A DNA stretch of 64,000 bases, from positions 4,960,001 to 5,024,000 of the forward strand of contig OX597824.1 of NCBI GenBank assembly GCA_951406725.2. The letters are read 5' to 3'. Positions 53,477-64,000 of this stretch are shown here, piece after piece. Below the pieces are notes generated by a model that was not told the DNA's origin, did not search any database, and saw nothing but the letters and a program-made list of their open reading frames with translations. Origin of the DNA: Octopus vulgaris. Taxonomy: Eukaryota. Position numbers and translations under genes: made by a program. Every line of letters begins with the position of its first letter. The stretch's first letter is position 1.

Positions 53477-54155
53477 CAGAGGTTCTCAAACTTTTGGGGC
53501 CACTGACCCCCTCATGGCCACATAATACTCTCAGCATCCCCACCCCTATTTTTATGTATAAATAAATATTTTATATTTCACTAATTTATTTATATATACC
53601 ATGAATCATTTGATATTTAATAGAATAATATATAATTTGTGAAGGCGTGTGGCTTAGTGGTTAGGGCATTCAGCTCACGATTGTAAGGTTGTGAGTTCGA
53701 TTCCTGGTGACACGTTGTGTCCTTGAGCAAGACACTTTATTTTTCATGTTGCTCCAGTCCACTCAGCTGGCAAGAATGAGTAGTACCTGTATTTCAAAGG
53801 GTCAGCCTTGTCACATCCTGTGTCACGCTGTATCTCCCCAGAGAACTACGTTAAGGGTACACGTGTCTGTGGAGTGCTCGGCCACTCGCACATTAATTTC
53901 ACGAGCAAGCTGTTCCATTGATCGGATCAGCTGGGACTCTCATCATCATAACCAACGGAGTGCTCCTATATAATTTGTACACAATACAATATTAATATTA
54001 TAATAAATTCATAGCATTCCCCAATCCACTGCCTTCCCCCCAAAGCCTCCTTTTTCTCTACCCCATGCACCACCCCTTAGACACCAACACCCACCTGGAT
54101 CCACTCAGCGCCCACTGGTGGTAGGGGGCAGTAGCACCCACTTTGAGAACCTATG
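53477..54155. mobile_element. hAT-Charlie-type MITE
   Basis: TIRs CAGAGGTTCTCAAA / TTTGAGAACCTATG; 8-bp TSD ATCTAGAT (53469-53476, 54156-54163), matching the NTCTAGAN preference. Confidence 0.88.
53641..53966 (+). mobile_element. tRNA-derived SINE family E with 12-bp TSD
   Basis: A box TGGCTTAGTGG, B box GTTCGATTCC; TSD TATATAATTTGT at 53629-53640 and 53967-53978. Confidence 0.85.
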
Positions 54156-54589
54156 ATCTAGATCGTTGAAAACTAGGAGTTTGTGTCATAGAATCAGGGG
54201 TGGTTTCATATGGGTTAGTCTCAAAAGGGTTAAAACGGTAAGTATAATCTAAATAAGATTTGACTGCTATTTCTTGCTGGTCAGTGATAATGTAGACCCC
54301 TTTGATTTCTCCAATGGAAACCCATAAGCATTCAATGTTTAAAGAATTCCCATTGTATATCTATAATTTTTATATTATTAGGAATTGTATAAAACAAAAA
54401 TTGTTGAAATGTTTTGTGTATTGTAAGAGTATAATGAGTTTATTGTACTTAAATTTAAACAGCAAAATCTTTTTGTGAACCCCCAAAGGACAACAAGGAC
54501 CTTGGTTGAAAACCCCTGATCTGGAGGTTCCCTTGTTGGCTCAGTCTTTAACTTGTTACCACTGTTGTTGCTGTTTGTTTGTTTGTTTG

Positions 54590-54954
54590 TTGAGCAAAGC
54601 ACTCTTTGTCCCAGATGTAGTGGGAGAAGTCCGAAACGTGGTGCTTTGCTATTTGTAAGACCCACAGAAGAGAAAGCAGGTCAACCCTCGACACCGAGAG
54701 TATCAACGGATGGATGAATGCGCATCCAGGCTCAGCGGTTACGTAGGAAGTTGGGGACAAGAAACAGGAAGAAAGAGTGAGAGAAAGTTGGAGCGAAAGA
54801 GTACAACAGGGGTCGCCACCACCCCCTGCCGGAGCCTCGTGGAACTTTAGGTGTTTTTGCTCAATAAACACACGCAATGCCCGGTCTGGGAATCGAAACC
54901 GCGATCCTCCGACCGTGAGTCCGCTGCCCTAACCACTGGGCCATTGCGGCTCCA
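54590..54954 (-). mobile_element. tRNA-derived SINE family C
   Basis: Head and body match 28355-28650; the 3' part differs; (AAAC)n tail. Confidence 0.8.
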
Positions 54955-55599
54955 CTGCTGTTGTTGTTTAACACCTGGTCATCCCTAAAAGAGCAGACCT
55001 ATATGATCATCATATCTTTGTTTCTTAGGCAGAGTGAATGAGCCTGGAACTGCGTTATTCAAAGTGTCCTGCTTTTTTTGAGCTGGTTAGTGTGTGAATT
55101 GGGGGAGACTGGGCTGCTATTTCTAGGTTCAGTTGTTGCTGTTGTTTTTGTTGTTGTTGATTCTGTTGTGTGTTTGTGTCAGAGAAAGAGAGGGAGAGAG
55201 AGAGGGGGAGGAGAGAGAGAGGGGATAGACAGGGAGAAAGAGAGAGAAGGGATAGACAGGGAGAAAGAGAGAGAGAAGGAGAGAAAGAGAAAGAGAGAGA
55301 GAGAAGGAGAGAGGGAGGGTATAGACAGAGAGAAAGAGTGAAAAACTGATAGAAAAAGACAGATGGAGGGACAGAGAAAGATAGAAATAGAAAAATAAAC
55401 AAAGAGAGAAAGAAAGAGAGGGGGAGAGGAGTGTTGTGTGTGTGTGAGAGAGAGAGAGAGAGAGCTTTAAATGGTTTTAATATGGATGGCATCATAGCTG
55501 CAAAATGGCTTTTTAGACAAATTACCATTCCTCAGATTCCAGATTTTACTTTAGTCATTAATTGGTAACCACTTGATCATAAGTTCAAATCGCTTGGCA

Positions 55600-55719
55600 A
55601 TTCTTCTTCTTCTTCTTCTTCTTCTTCTTCTTCTTCTTCTTCTTCTTCTTCTTCTTCTTCTTCTTCTTCTTCTTCTTCTTCTTCTTCTTCTTCTTCTTCT
55701 TCTTCTTCTTCTTCTTCTG

Positions 55720-55764
<45 letters not shown>

Positions 55765-55826
55765 GACTTAATCCGTTTGTCCTTGTTTGTCCTCTCTGTG
55801 TTTAGCCCCTTGTGGGTAGTAAATAG

Positions 55827-55864
<38 letters not shown>

Positions 55865-55890
55865 TATTATTATTATTATTATTATCATTA
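55600..55890. repeat. (TTC)n/(TTA)n/(TCA)n microsatellites around a SINE D fragment
   Basis: Directly visible. Confidence 0.9.
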
Positions 55891-56586
55891 CCCATTAGTT
55901 ACAGGATTTTAATGTGGCATTGTCCTGCTATTATGTCTTCCAAATGTAAATAATTCCCAGAAAAGAGTTCTTACTCTTTCTCTCAGGAACACTCTGGTAG
56001 TTAGGGGTCCTCCCACCACCCGCACCCACTCATTAAAACTCAATTACCATCAAAATGATTTACTTAAGATTCTCAGCCACCATTTCTTCACTGACAAAAC
56101 CAGCAGACATTGGCATCATTAAATTATGCTGACTTCAGTTCTTCACTTCTTGAATGCTGCTTTATTTTATGACCTCTTGAAGGAAGAAAAACAAAACTGA
56201 CCTTGATGGGATTCAAATTCAGAACTAAGAGTTCTTAACAAAATACCACAAGGTATTTTATCCAATACATTAAGGATTCTACTGATCTGCCATATTCTAT
56301 ATACCATAATGAGGAATGGGTGTCTTTACACATCTTCCTCTTCAAGGCATATAGTTGTTCTTACATATAATTCTTAATGTTATATATTCAGAAACAGGAA
56401 AGTGATAGGGGTGGAGGTATGCACCCTTATCTCCATATGGCACTTTTACTGTTCACTTTTGGTTACCAATGCTTTCTGTTCTTTTTACATGACTTGCCAC
56501 TGTTTCCTGTCCCCTATTCTACCATTTTCTAACAAGTTGTAGTAGACTCAAGCACTGTTTATAATAAGCTCTATATTATTATCACT

Positions 56587-56619
<33 letters not shown>

Positions 56620-56876
56620 CATTGTGTACAGTGCTCAGGTGCACTACAACTCATCTAAAGTGCATATATAATCAGGTGTAGTTTCGATGGATTTCGGAAA
56701 GCATGAGGGCCTTAAAGGATGCAGTGTCATGGCAGTCAACAACTGACGCAGGCAGTTTATTCCATGCTTCAGCAACTCTGAGCGTGAAGAAATGTTTCCG
56801 AAAGTCATGGGAGCTGTGCTGTTTTCTGACTTTGTAGGCATGTCCACGTGTGTTAGACACATGGAGATCAAAAAGG
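56620..56876 (-). mobile_element. CR1 LINE 3' fragment, same family as 13955-14520
   Basis: SNTRGHAYKVRKQHSSHDFRKHFFTLRVAEAWNKLP is identical to the first copy. Confidence 0.9.
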
Positions 56877-57444
56877 ATGGAGTCTGTATTTTGTCATCTC
56901 GTTACTAAAGAGTTGGTGGGGTGGGGGTACAAAAACTCTCATTCATAGTTTTGGATGGTTTGGTGTTAGTGTTTGTCAGTTTGAGAATCGTTGCTACAGC
57001 TGGGCAATTACCTGCGAATATTTGACCACAAACTTTGGTAACAACTTACGAATGGCCGACATACAATATTTGCCTCCTAATATCGAATTGTTGGAGGGCG
57101 GCAAACTAGCAGAATCATTAGCATACTGGGCAAAATGCTTTATGTTCTGAGTTCAAATTCCACTCAGGGTGACTTTGCTTTTCATCCTTTCAGGGTCATT
57201 AAAATAAGTACCGGTTAAGTACTGGGGTGAGGGGTCATCTAACTGACTTACCTGCTCCCTCAAAATTACTGGCCTTGTGCCAAAATTTGAAATCAATGTC
57301 TAATTGTTGAACCTTCGTTGACTTAAAGCCTGATAATTGTATAATTAGTTCACTTTTAAAGGCTATTGCTGTTGTTTCTTAGCCCCAGGTTAGCAGTTCT
57401 AAGATCAATGGCATTCCAGCCTAAACAAATCTTGTATTCTTTTT

Positions 57445-58149
57445 TATTCTTTTACTTGTTTCATTCATTTGACTGCGGCCATGCTGGAGCACTGCCTTTA
57501 GTTGAGCAAATCAACCCCAGGATTTATTCTTTGTAAGCCTAGTACTTATTCTATCAATCTCTTTTGTTGAACCACTAAGTTACAGGGATGTAAACACACC
57601 AGTATCAGTTGTCAAGTGATGGTAGGGGGACAAGCACTGACACACAAGCACGCACACATACTCGCCTAAAGGTGGCATGCAGTGGGACTGAACCCGGAAC
57701 CATGATGATGGGAAGCAAGCTGCTTACCCACAGCCACACCTGTGCCTATTTACTCTTTTACTCTTTTACTTGTTTCAGTCATTTGACTGCGGCCATGCTG
57801 GAGCACCGCCTTTAGTTGAGCAAATCGATCCCGGGACTTATTCTTTTGTAAGCCCAGTACTTATTCTATCAGTCTCTTTTGCCGAACCACTAAGTGACGG
57901 GGACGTAAACACACCAGCATCGGTTGTCAAGCAATGTTAGGGGGACAAACACAGACACACAAACACACACACATATATATATATATACATATATACATAT
58001 ATACGACAGGCTTCTTTCAGTTTCCATCTACCAAATCCACTCACGAGGCTATAGCAGAAGACACATGCCCAAGGTGCCACGCAGTGGGACTGAACCCGGA
58101 ACCACGTGGTTGGTTAGCAAGCTACTTACCACACAGCCACTCCTGCGCC
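57445..58149 (-). mobile_element. Two adjacent SINE family A copies (57445-57748, internally deleted; 57752-58149)
   Basis: Family A blocks occur twice, head to tail. Confidence 0.88.
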
Positions 58150-60482
58150 TATTTATTCACACTTTTAAAAAATTAGTCATGCATTGTCTTGTAGCTTTGA
58201 GATTTCAATGATGTCACTGTTTGTTTTCAAGATGACATTGTAGGGTTGACGTAAGAAGCCAGATCTGGTCAGTTTAGACATATCACAGGTAGCATATTTT
58301 CACCTTACAGCTTAGTTCCTTGCTGTGCTAAGTCCAAGTCCATCCAATCAATGGATGTTTTTTTTTTATGATACTGTTTACTGAAAACAAGCAGTCTATC
58401 TAATTGACTATTTATCTCTCGTTTCTTAGAAACCAATGGTAAATAGCAACCCAGCGGACAGGAATATGTGGAAAGTAATAAATAATTATATTAGATAGTT
58501 CACCTGGCCTTAATCTATTATAGTGACTTCATAATCAGCAGTTGTTAACCTGAGGCTTTTAATCGATAGAAAAGTTGTAAAAGGGTGTGGTATATTGACT
58601 TTCAAAAGTATGGGGTTCTTAGGAAAACTCATTATAATATATTGGATCTTGATAGTGAAATGGTTGGTATCCATGCTATAAGTGATATCAGAAGGATCCA
58701 AATAAGGAAAATAGAAGTATAAGGCATTATAATAAGACATCTCATTAGACCCTATTAACCTCCAAATCAATCAATACCTATGTAGCGTGGCAGTTAAGAG
58801 TAGAACCACGGGCGATCGTATCTCCTACACGATACGACCGCATGTGATCCTATTTCTTACACCTATTTGACACTTGATGGTCATTAATAGCTTACACTTG
58901 AGTGTTCACTCATACTCAGATCCAAGTGAGAACATACATTTGGACAATTACACTTAAGTTGGAGTGATAAATGAAACACTTCAAATGGAATATAGTTATA
59001 CTAACAATCAAATGAAGGGTTTGTGAGTAGCCAGCTACACTCAGCTATGAGAGAGGTGTTGCACTTGGAATTGTATTCAAAATTTATAGCCTGTTTGAAA
59101 GGGAAGTTATAGTTGTATAACTGAAAGGGAACTCAAACACTTACACTTACTTAAATGAATGTGTATACTTAACTCCGAAAAAGATGATGTTGAGTAGTTT
59201 TGTTACAGTTACCTCTAAAGAGTAACTGTCCTAAACTTGAGTGAAAGTCTACACTCAGTTTTGAGTGAAAACTTGCACTAGAATAGGAAGTCACAATCAA
59301 ACTTCAAACAGCAGCCTACATTAGAAAGGGCAACTGTATCCAACTACAAGGGAAGTGCTATGGTGTCATTCAACTTGCTAGAAATAACAGCTAAATTTCT
59401 GATAACTTCCATGCTGCTGTCTACTGTTTTAAAAAGAATATCTTAGATTGCATTGGAAGATGTAATATTAGAATCCTGTTCCTGAAAAAAAGATGAGATG
59501 GTCAAGGATGGAATGCTTTTGATCATGTGAATGTTCACTGAAGATAAGCAATAACAGTCCTTGGTAAGACTAAATTGCATCCAGTAGCGAGGCCTTAATA
59601 TGGGAGTTCCAGGGTTTTCAAGAATGTGGAACCATCGCTAAGCCACTATGGTTCCCAGGTTTGTTAGGGCCCCTGTTCTGGGTTAACTATCATGTCTCTA
59701 GAACCCACTTCAAACTCAGGCTGCATCTGTTCTGATAATTGATGGTGACTTGGTCAGTGAATCCTCTGCAATGGTCAACAATCAACGGCAAGATGTGCAG
59801 CTTCGGATCACACAATCCCAAAATCCACATGTATGTGATTGGGGACCACACGTGAACTTGTGTTCCCACTGGAACTCTGCATCTCAACAATGAATGACGA
59901 CAACAACTACAACATCCACATTATCCAATGCTAATTTAACAAATGCCCCACTTGCTCTTCTAGTGGGGCATTTGTCAAATTAGCAAGCTGGATTGTTGGG
60001 GCCACAGTCAAAAGCATTATTTTGCTTCCTGGGATGCTAGAGGTGGTCAGCATTATTTTGCTTCCTGGGATGTCAGAGGTGGTCAGCATTCGTGAGAAAC
60101 GTGGTGAACTCGTTGGTCAGAGCCAACTCAACCCAATCTGGCATCCATCAATGTTGGGTGGCTTCTACTTGAATAGTCACTCACTCTCAACCTTGGAAGA
60201 GACTCTACTTTTGTAGTGTTTAAATAGAATACAGCAAATATGAATTTGCCCATAAATGGACAGATCCTCTCTAAACTGATATATTGATATGGAATAGGAT
60301 ATATTGATTAGCTAATCTTCGTTTTGAGCCACAGAAGGACCTATAGTAAGAGGTGGTCACTCACGTGCAATCACACACACACACACACATGCACATGTGC
60401 ACAGACACACATATGTGCATATATATGTGTGTATGTGTGTGTGTGCATACAATGATGATGATGATGATGATATATTTATGTA

Positions 60483-60557
<75 letters not shown>

Positions 60558-60636
60558 GGCCGCAGTCTAATGGCTGAACAAAGTAAAAGATAGAAGATAA
60601 GTAAAAGGTAATATAATCAGGTACACACACAGAAAT

Positions 60637-60675
<39 letters not shown>

Positions 60676-60744
60676 GTATAGGTAGTAATAAATAATACCA
60701 AAAATTTTTCTCAATCCCCTGTTTTGATATAATACATTTTATAT

Positions 60745-60856
60745 CGACAGACAGACAGACAGAGAGGCAGGCAGGCAGGCAGACAGACAGACAGACTGAC
60801 AGACAGATAGATTGATAGACAGACAAACAGATGGATAGATAAATAGACAGACAGAC

Positions 60857-60944
<88 letters not shown>

Positions 60945-60945
60945 G
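60745..60945. repeat. (GACA)/(GATA)n microsatellite
   Basis: Directly visible. Confidence 0.95.
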
Positions 60946-61304
60946 GATATACACACACATCCATCCATATATACACCATAACAAAGAGCAATCTGATAAT
61001 ATAAGTACATTGCCAGTTGGGGGAGATGAAAATCGGCCAGTGTACTGTAGGTTTTAGTGAGCCTGGGTGCTGTGGCTATAGCAACATACATTAAATGTAT
61101 GTTAATCCGTGATTAAATCAGATGGAATTATGTCAAATAACAAGAGTTTCATAAAAATAATTCAACAAAGCCAAGATTGTATCACAAATCCTGTCCTTTC
61201 TCTTCAAGGCCAGAAAATACTTCAAATCCCAACGATTAGTAACCCTTTATGAAGATCAAGTGGGACCCACAATACAGCTGTTACATAAATATGTTATTTG
61301 TTAT

Positions 61305-62833
61305 ATATTTCTTTACTACCCACAAGGGGCTAAACATAGAGGGGACAAACAAGGACAGACAAAGGGATTAAGTCGATTACATCAACCCCAGTGTGAAACT
61401 GGTGCTTTATTTATCGACCCTGAAAAGATGAAAGGCAAAGTCGACCTCGGCGGAATTTGAACTCAGAATGTAGTGACAGATGAAATACCTATTTCTTTAC
61501 TACCACAAGGGGCTAAACACAGAGGGGACAAACAAGGACAGACAAATGGATCAAGTCAATTATATCGACCCCAGTGCGCAACTGGTACTTATTTAATCGA
61601 CCTCCGAAAGGATGAAAGGCAAAGTCGACCTCGGTGGAATTTGAACTCAGAATGTAGTGACAGATGAAATACCTATTTCTTTACTTACTACCCACAAGGG
61701 GCTAAACACAGAGGGGACAAACAAGGACAGACAAATGGATCAAGTCGATTATATCGATCCGAGTGCGCAACTGGTACTTATTTAATCGACCTCCGAAAGG
61801 ATGAAAGGCAAAGTCGACTTCGGTGGAATTTGAACTCAGAATGTGACGGCAGACTAAATACCTATTTCTTTACTACCCACAAGGGGCTAAACGCAGAGAG
61901 GACAAACAAGGACAGACAAATGGATTAAGTCGATTATATCGACCCCAGTGAATAACTGGTCCTTAATTTATCGACCTCCGAAAGGATGAAAGGCAAAGTC
62001 GACTTCGGTGGAATTTGAACTCAGAATGTGACGGCATTCTAAATACCTATTTCTTTACTACCCACAAGGGGCTAAACGCAGAGAGGACAAACAAGGACAG
62101 ACAAATGGATCAAGTCGATTATATCGACCCCAGTGCGCAACTGGTACTTATTTAATCGACCTCCGAAAGGATGAAAGGCAAAGTCGACTTCGGTGGAATT
62201 TGAACTCAGAATGTGACGGCAGACTAAATACCTATTTCTTTACTACCCACAAGGGGCTAAACACAGAGAGGACAAACAAGGACAGACAAATGGATTAAGT
62301 CGATTATATCGACCCCAGTGAATAACTGGTCCTTAATTTATCGACCTCCGAAAGGATGAAAGGCAAAGTCGACTTCGGTGGAATTTGAACTCAGAATGTG
62401 ACGGCATTCTAAATACCTATTTCTTTACTACCCACAAGGGGCTAAACGCAGAGAGGACAAACAAGGACAGACAAATGGATCAAGTCGATTATATCGACCC
62501 CAGTGCGCAACTGGTACTTATTTAATCGACCTCCGAAAGGATGAAAGGCAAAGTCGACTTCGGTGGAATTTGAACTCAGAATGTAACGGCATTCTAAATA
62601 CCTATTTCTTTACTACCCACAAGGGGCTAAACGCAGAGAGGACAAACAAGGACAGACAAACGGATCAAGTCGATTATATTGACCCCAGTGAATAACTGGT
62701 CCTTAATTTATCGACCCCAAAAGGATGAAAGGCAAAGTCGACCTCGGCGGAATTTGAACTCAGAATGTAGCGGCAGACAAAATACCGCTAAGCATTTCGC
62801 CTGGCGTGCTAACGGTTCTGCCAGCTCGACGCC
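61305..62833 (-). repeat. Tandem array of 8 SINE-D-derived ~185-bp units; only the rightmost retains the complete 5' head
   Basis: Units start near 61305, 61487, 61671, 61860, 62045, 62230, 62415 and 62600, each with TATTTCTTTACTACCCACAAGGGGCTAAAC. Confidence 0.95.
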
Positions 62834-62868
62834 TTTCTATCACAATATTTGTTATAGAATTACTCCTG

Positions 62869-63660
62869 TACATTCAGGCATTTGGGACAGTATTGCTGCT
62901 GCTGCTGCTATACATCTAGGATGATGGTGTTATCAGGGTACATACAGTTATCTGGGACAGTGCTGCTATTACGCACACAGGTATCTGGGATGGCACTGCT
63001 GTTACCCAAACAGGTATCTGGAATGATGTTACTGCAATACTCACAGGTATTTGGAACAGTGCTGCCGGAACACGTTCAGGGAGGTGTTATTGCTATAGCT
63101 ACAGGTATCTTGGACAGTTCTGATTCTATAGATTCAAATATCTGGGATGGTACTGTTGTTAAATTGCCAGGTATCTGGGATGATGCTACTACGATACACA
63201 CAAGCATCTGGGATGGTGCTGCTACTATAGACACAGATACTTGGGATGGTACTGTTGTTACACACTCAGGTAGGGTGGTACTGCAGCCAATACATACAAG
63301 GGTCTGGCGGCAGGCAGTACAGCTGCTGCACATCTTCGACAGCATCATCATCATCATCATCATCATTCGACCATGGTCGAGACAATAGAATTTACCATGC
63401 TACGCCAGACTTCACGGTCCATCATGGCATTACGGAGGTCCTGTTGCTGGATGCCTGTATCCCTGGAGATTACATCAGGGTAGGAGAGTGTGCGCCCTCT
63501 GGTATTGCAAGTAGATGGCTTCCAGAGGAGAAGAGTAGAAATTACCTCTTTTTCAGCTCTGCAACAATGTCCAGCAAACTAGACTCTCTTACCTTTCACA
63601 AGCGCTGTGTTATGCACACAGGCGTCTGGGATAGTGTTGCTGCTGCACACCCTAGCATCC
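62869..63660. repeat. Diverged 33-bp minisatellite (consensus ~ACAGGTATCTGGGATGGTGCTGCTACTATACAC), interrupted by an RTE fragment
   Basis: TGG cores at 62953, 62986, 63019, 63052 and at 63143, 63176, 63209, 63242 (33-bp spacing); another unit at ~63627. Confidence 0.85.
63343..63600 (-). mobile_element. RTE-like LINE 3' fragment with (ATG)n tail
   Basis: Minus strand reads RV*FAGHCCRAEKEVISTLLLWKPS...RGRTLSYPDVISRDTG....DLRNAMMDREVWRSMV. Confidence 0.85.
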
Positions 63661-64000
63661 TTGAATGCATCCAAACACACTCATCAAAACCCCATTTGTT
63701 GGCCCTCAGATGCTCTGTCTCTTCATTCTGCTTTTTCTATGACCATCACTAGTGTAGCTAGCATGTGTGCTGCCCAAGGTGGCCCTTCAGTTTGCTGCCC
63801 ACTGGGCTCCATGCAAAAATACATATTGCCCACAGCAAACCAAAATGTGGTGCTGTCCCCATAAAAGTGCCGTCTGGGGCGGATTCCCAACTACCCTCAT
63901 ATTCTCCTCCATTTTATCTCCCATATCTTGTTCTACCCAAGTGTCCAAAACAAGTATACTCAGCATGTACTTTAGCATATACTGCATGGCACCTTTGGCA

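Larger units (their letters stand above)
53314..54229. mobile_element. Older piggyBac-type MITE (related to the 12657 family, reverse orientation) hosting a hAT MITE
   Basis: Ends CCCTTTCATTACC ... AAAAGGG|TTAA; body resembles the reverse complement of 12888-13105. Confidence 0.65.

Noticed and set aside
53641-53710. Additional tRNA genes at SINE heads (also ~28580-28650, ~45842-45915, ~54885-54954)
   Set aside because: A/B boxes are present but there is no complete cloverleaf, and each continues into a SINE body.
58860-59290. Recurring TACACTT/GAGTG words
   Set aside because: No stable period could be established by eye; probably a decayed minisatellite.
61305-62833. CRISPR-like regular array
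   Set aside because: No unique spacers; units are whole SINE segments; eukaryotic context with no cas genes.

Overview
Eukaryotic, AT-rich, repeat-saturated DNA, most likely from an octopus. The evidence is a cox1-cox2 NUMT that reads in the invertebrate mitochondrial code and tRNA-derived SINEs resembling those described from Octopus. No host protein-coding gene can be supported; almost all listed ORFs are microsatellite or SINE artefacts. Supported content: one intact intronless tRNA-Arg(TCT) gene; a NUMT fused to a Helitron 3' end; a composite Helitron with PIF1 helicase remnants and a nested 8-bp-TSD MITE; a complete non-autonomous Helitron; decayed mariner (DD34D) and DD37D transposases; piggyBac-, hAT- and pogo-type MITEs; 3' fragments of CR1, RTE and R4/Dong LINEs; several SINE families; and many microsatellites. 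The most notable observations are an 8-unit, 185-bp tandem SINE array with A/B higher-order structure and a plausible self-targeting mechanism, a CR1 LINE nested inside the SINE that shares its 3' hairpin, a perfect 174-bp-arm palindrome, two (TAA)n-targeted element families each with a 29-bp junction duplication, and a 33-bp coding-like repeat. None of these is shown to be a new system. All coordinates were read by eye, so repeat edges are approximate, and family names are unverified without a database search.
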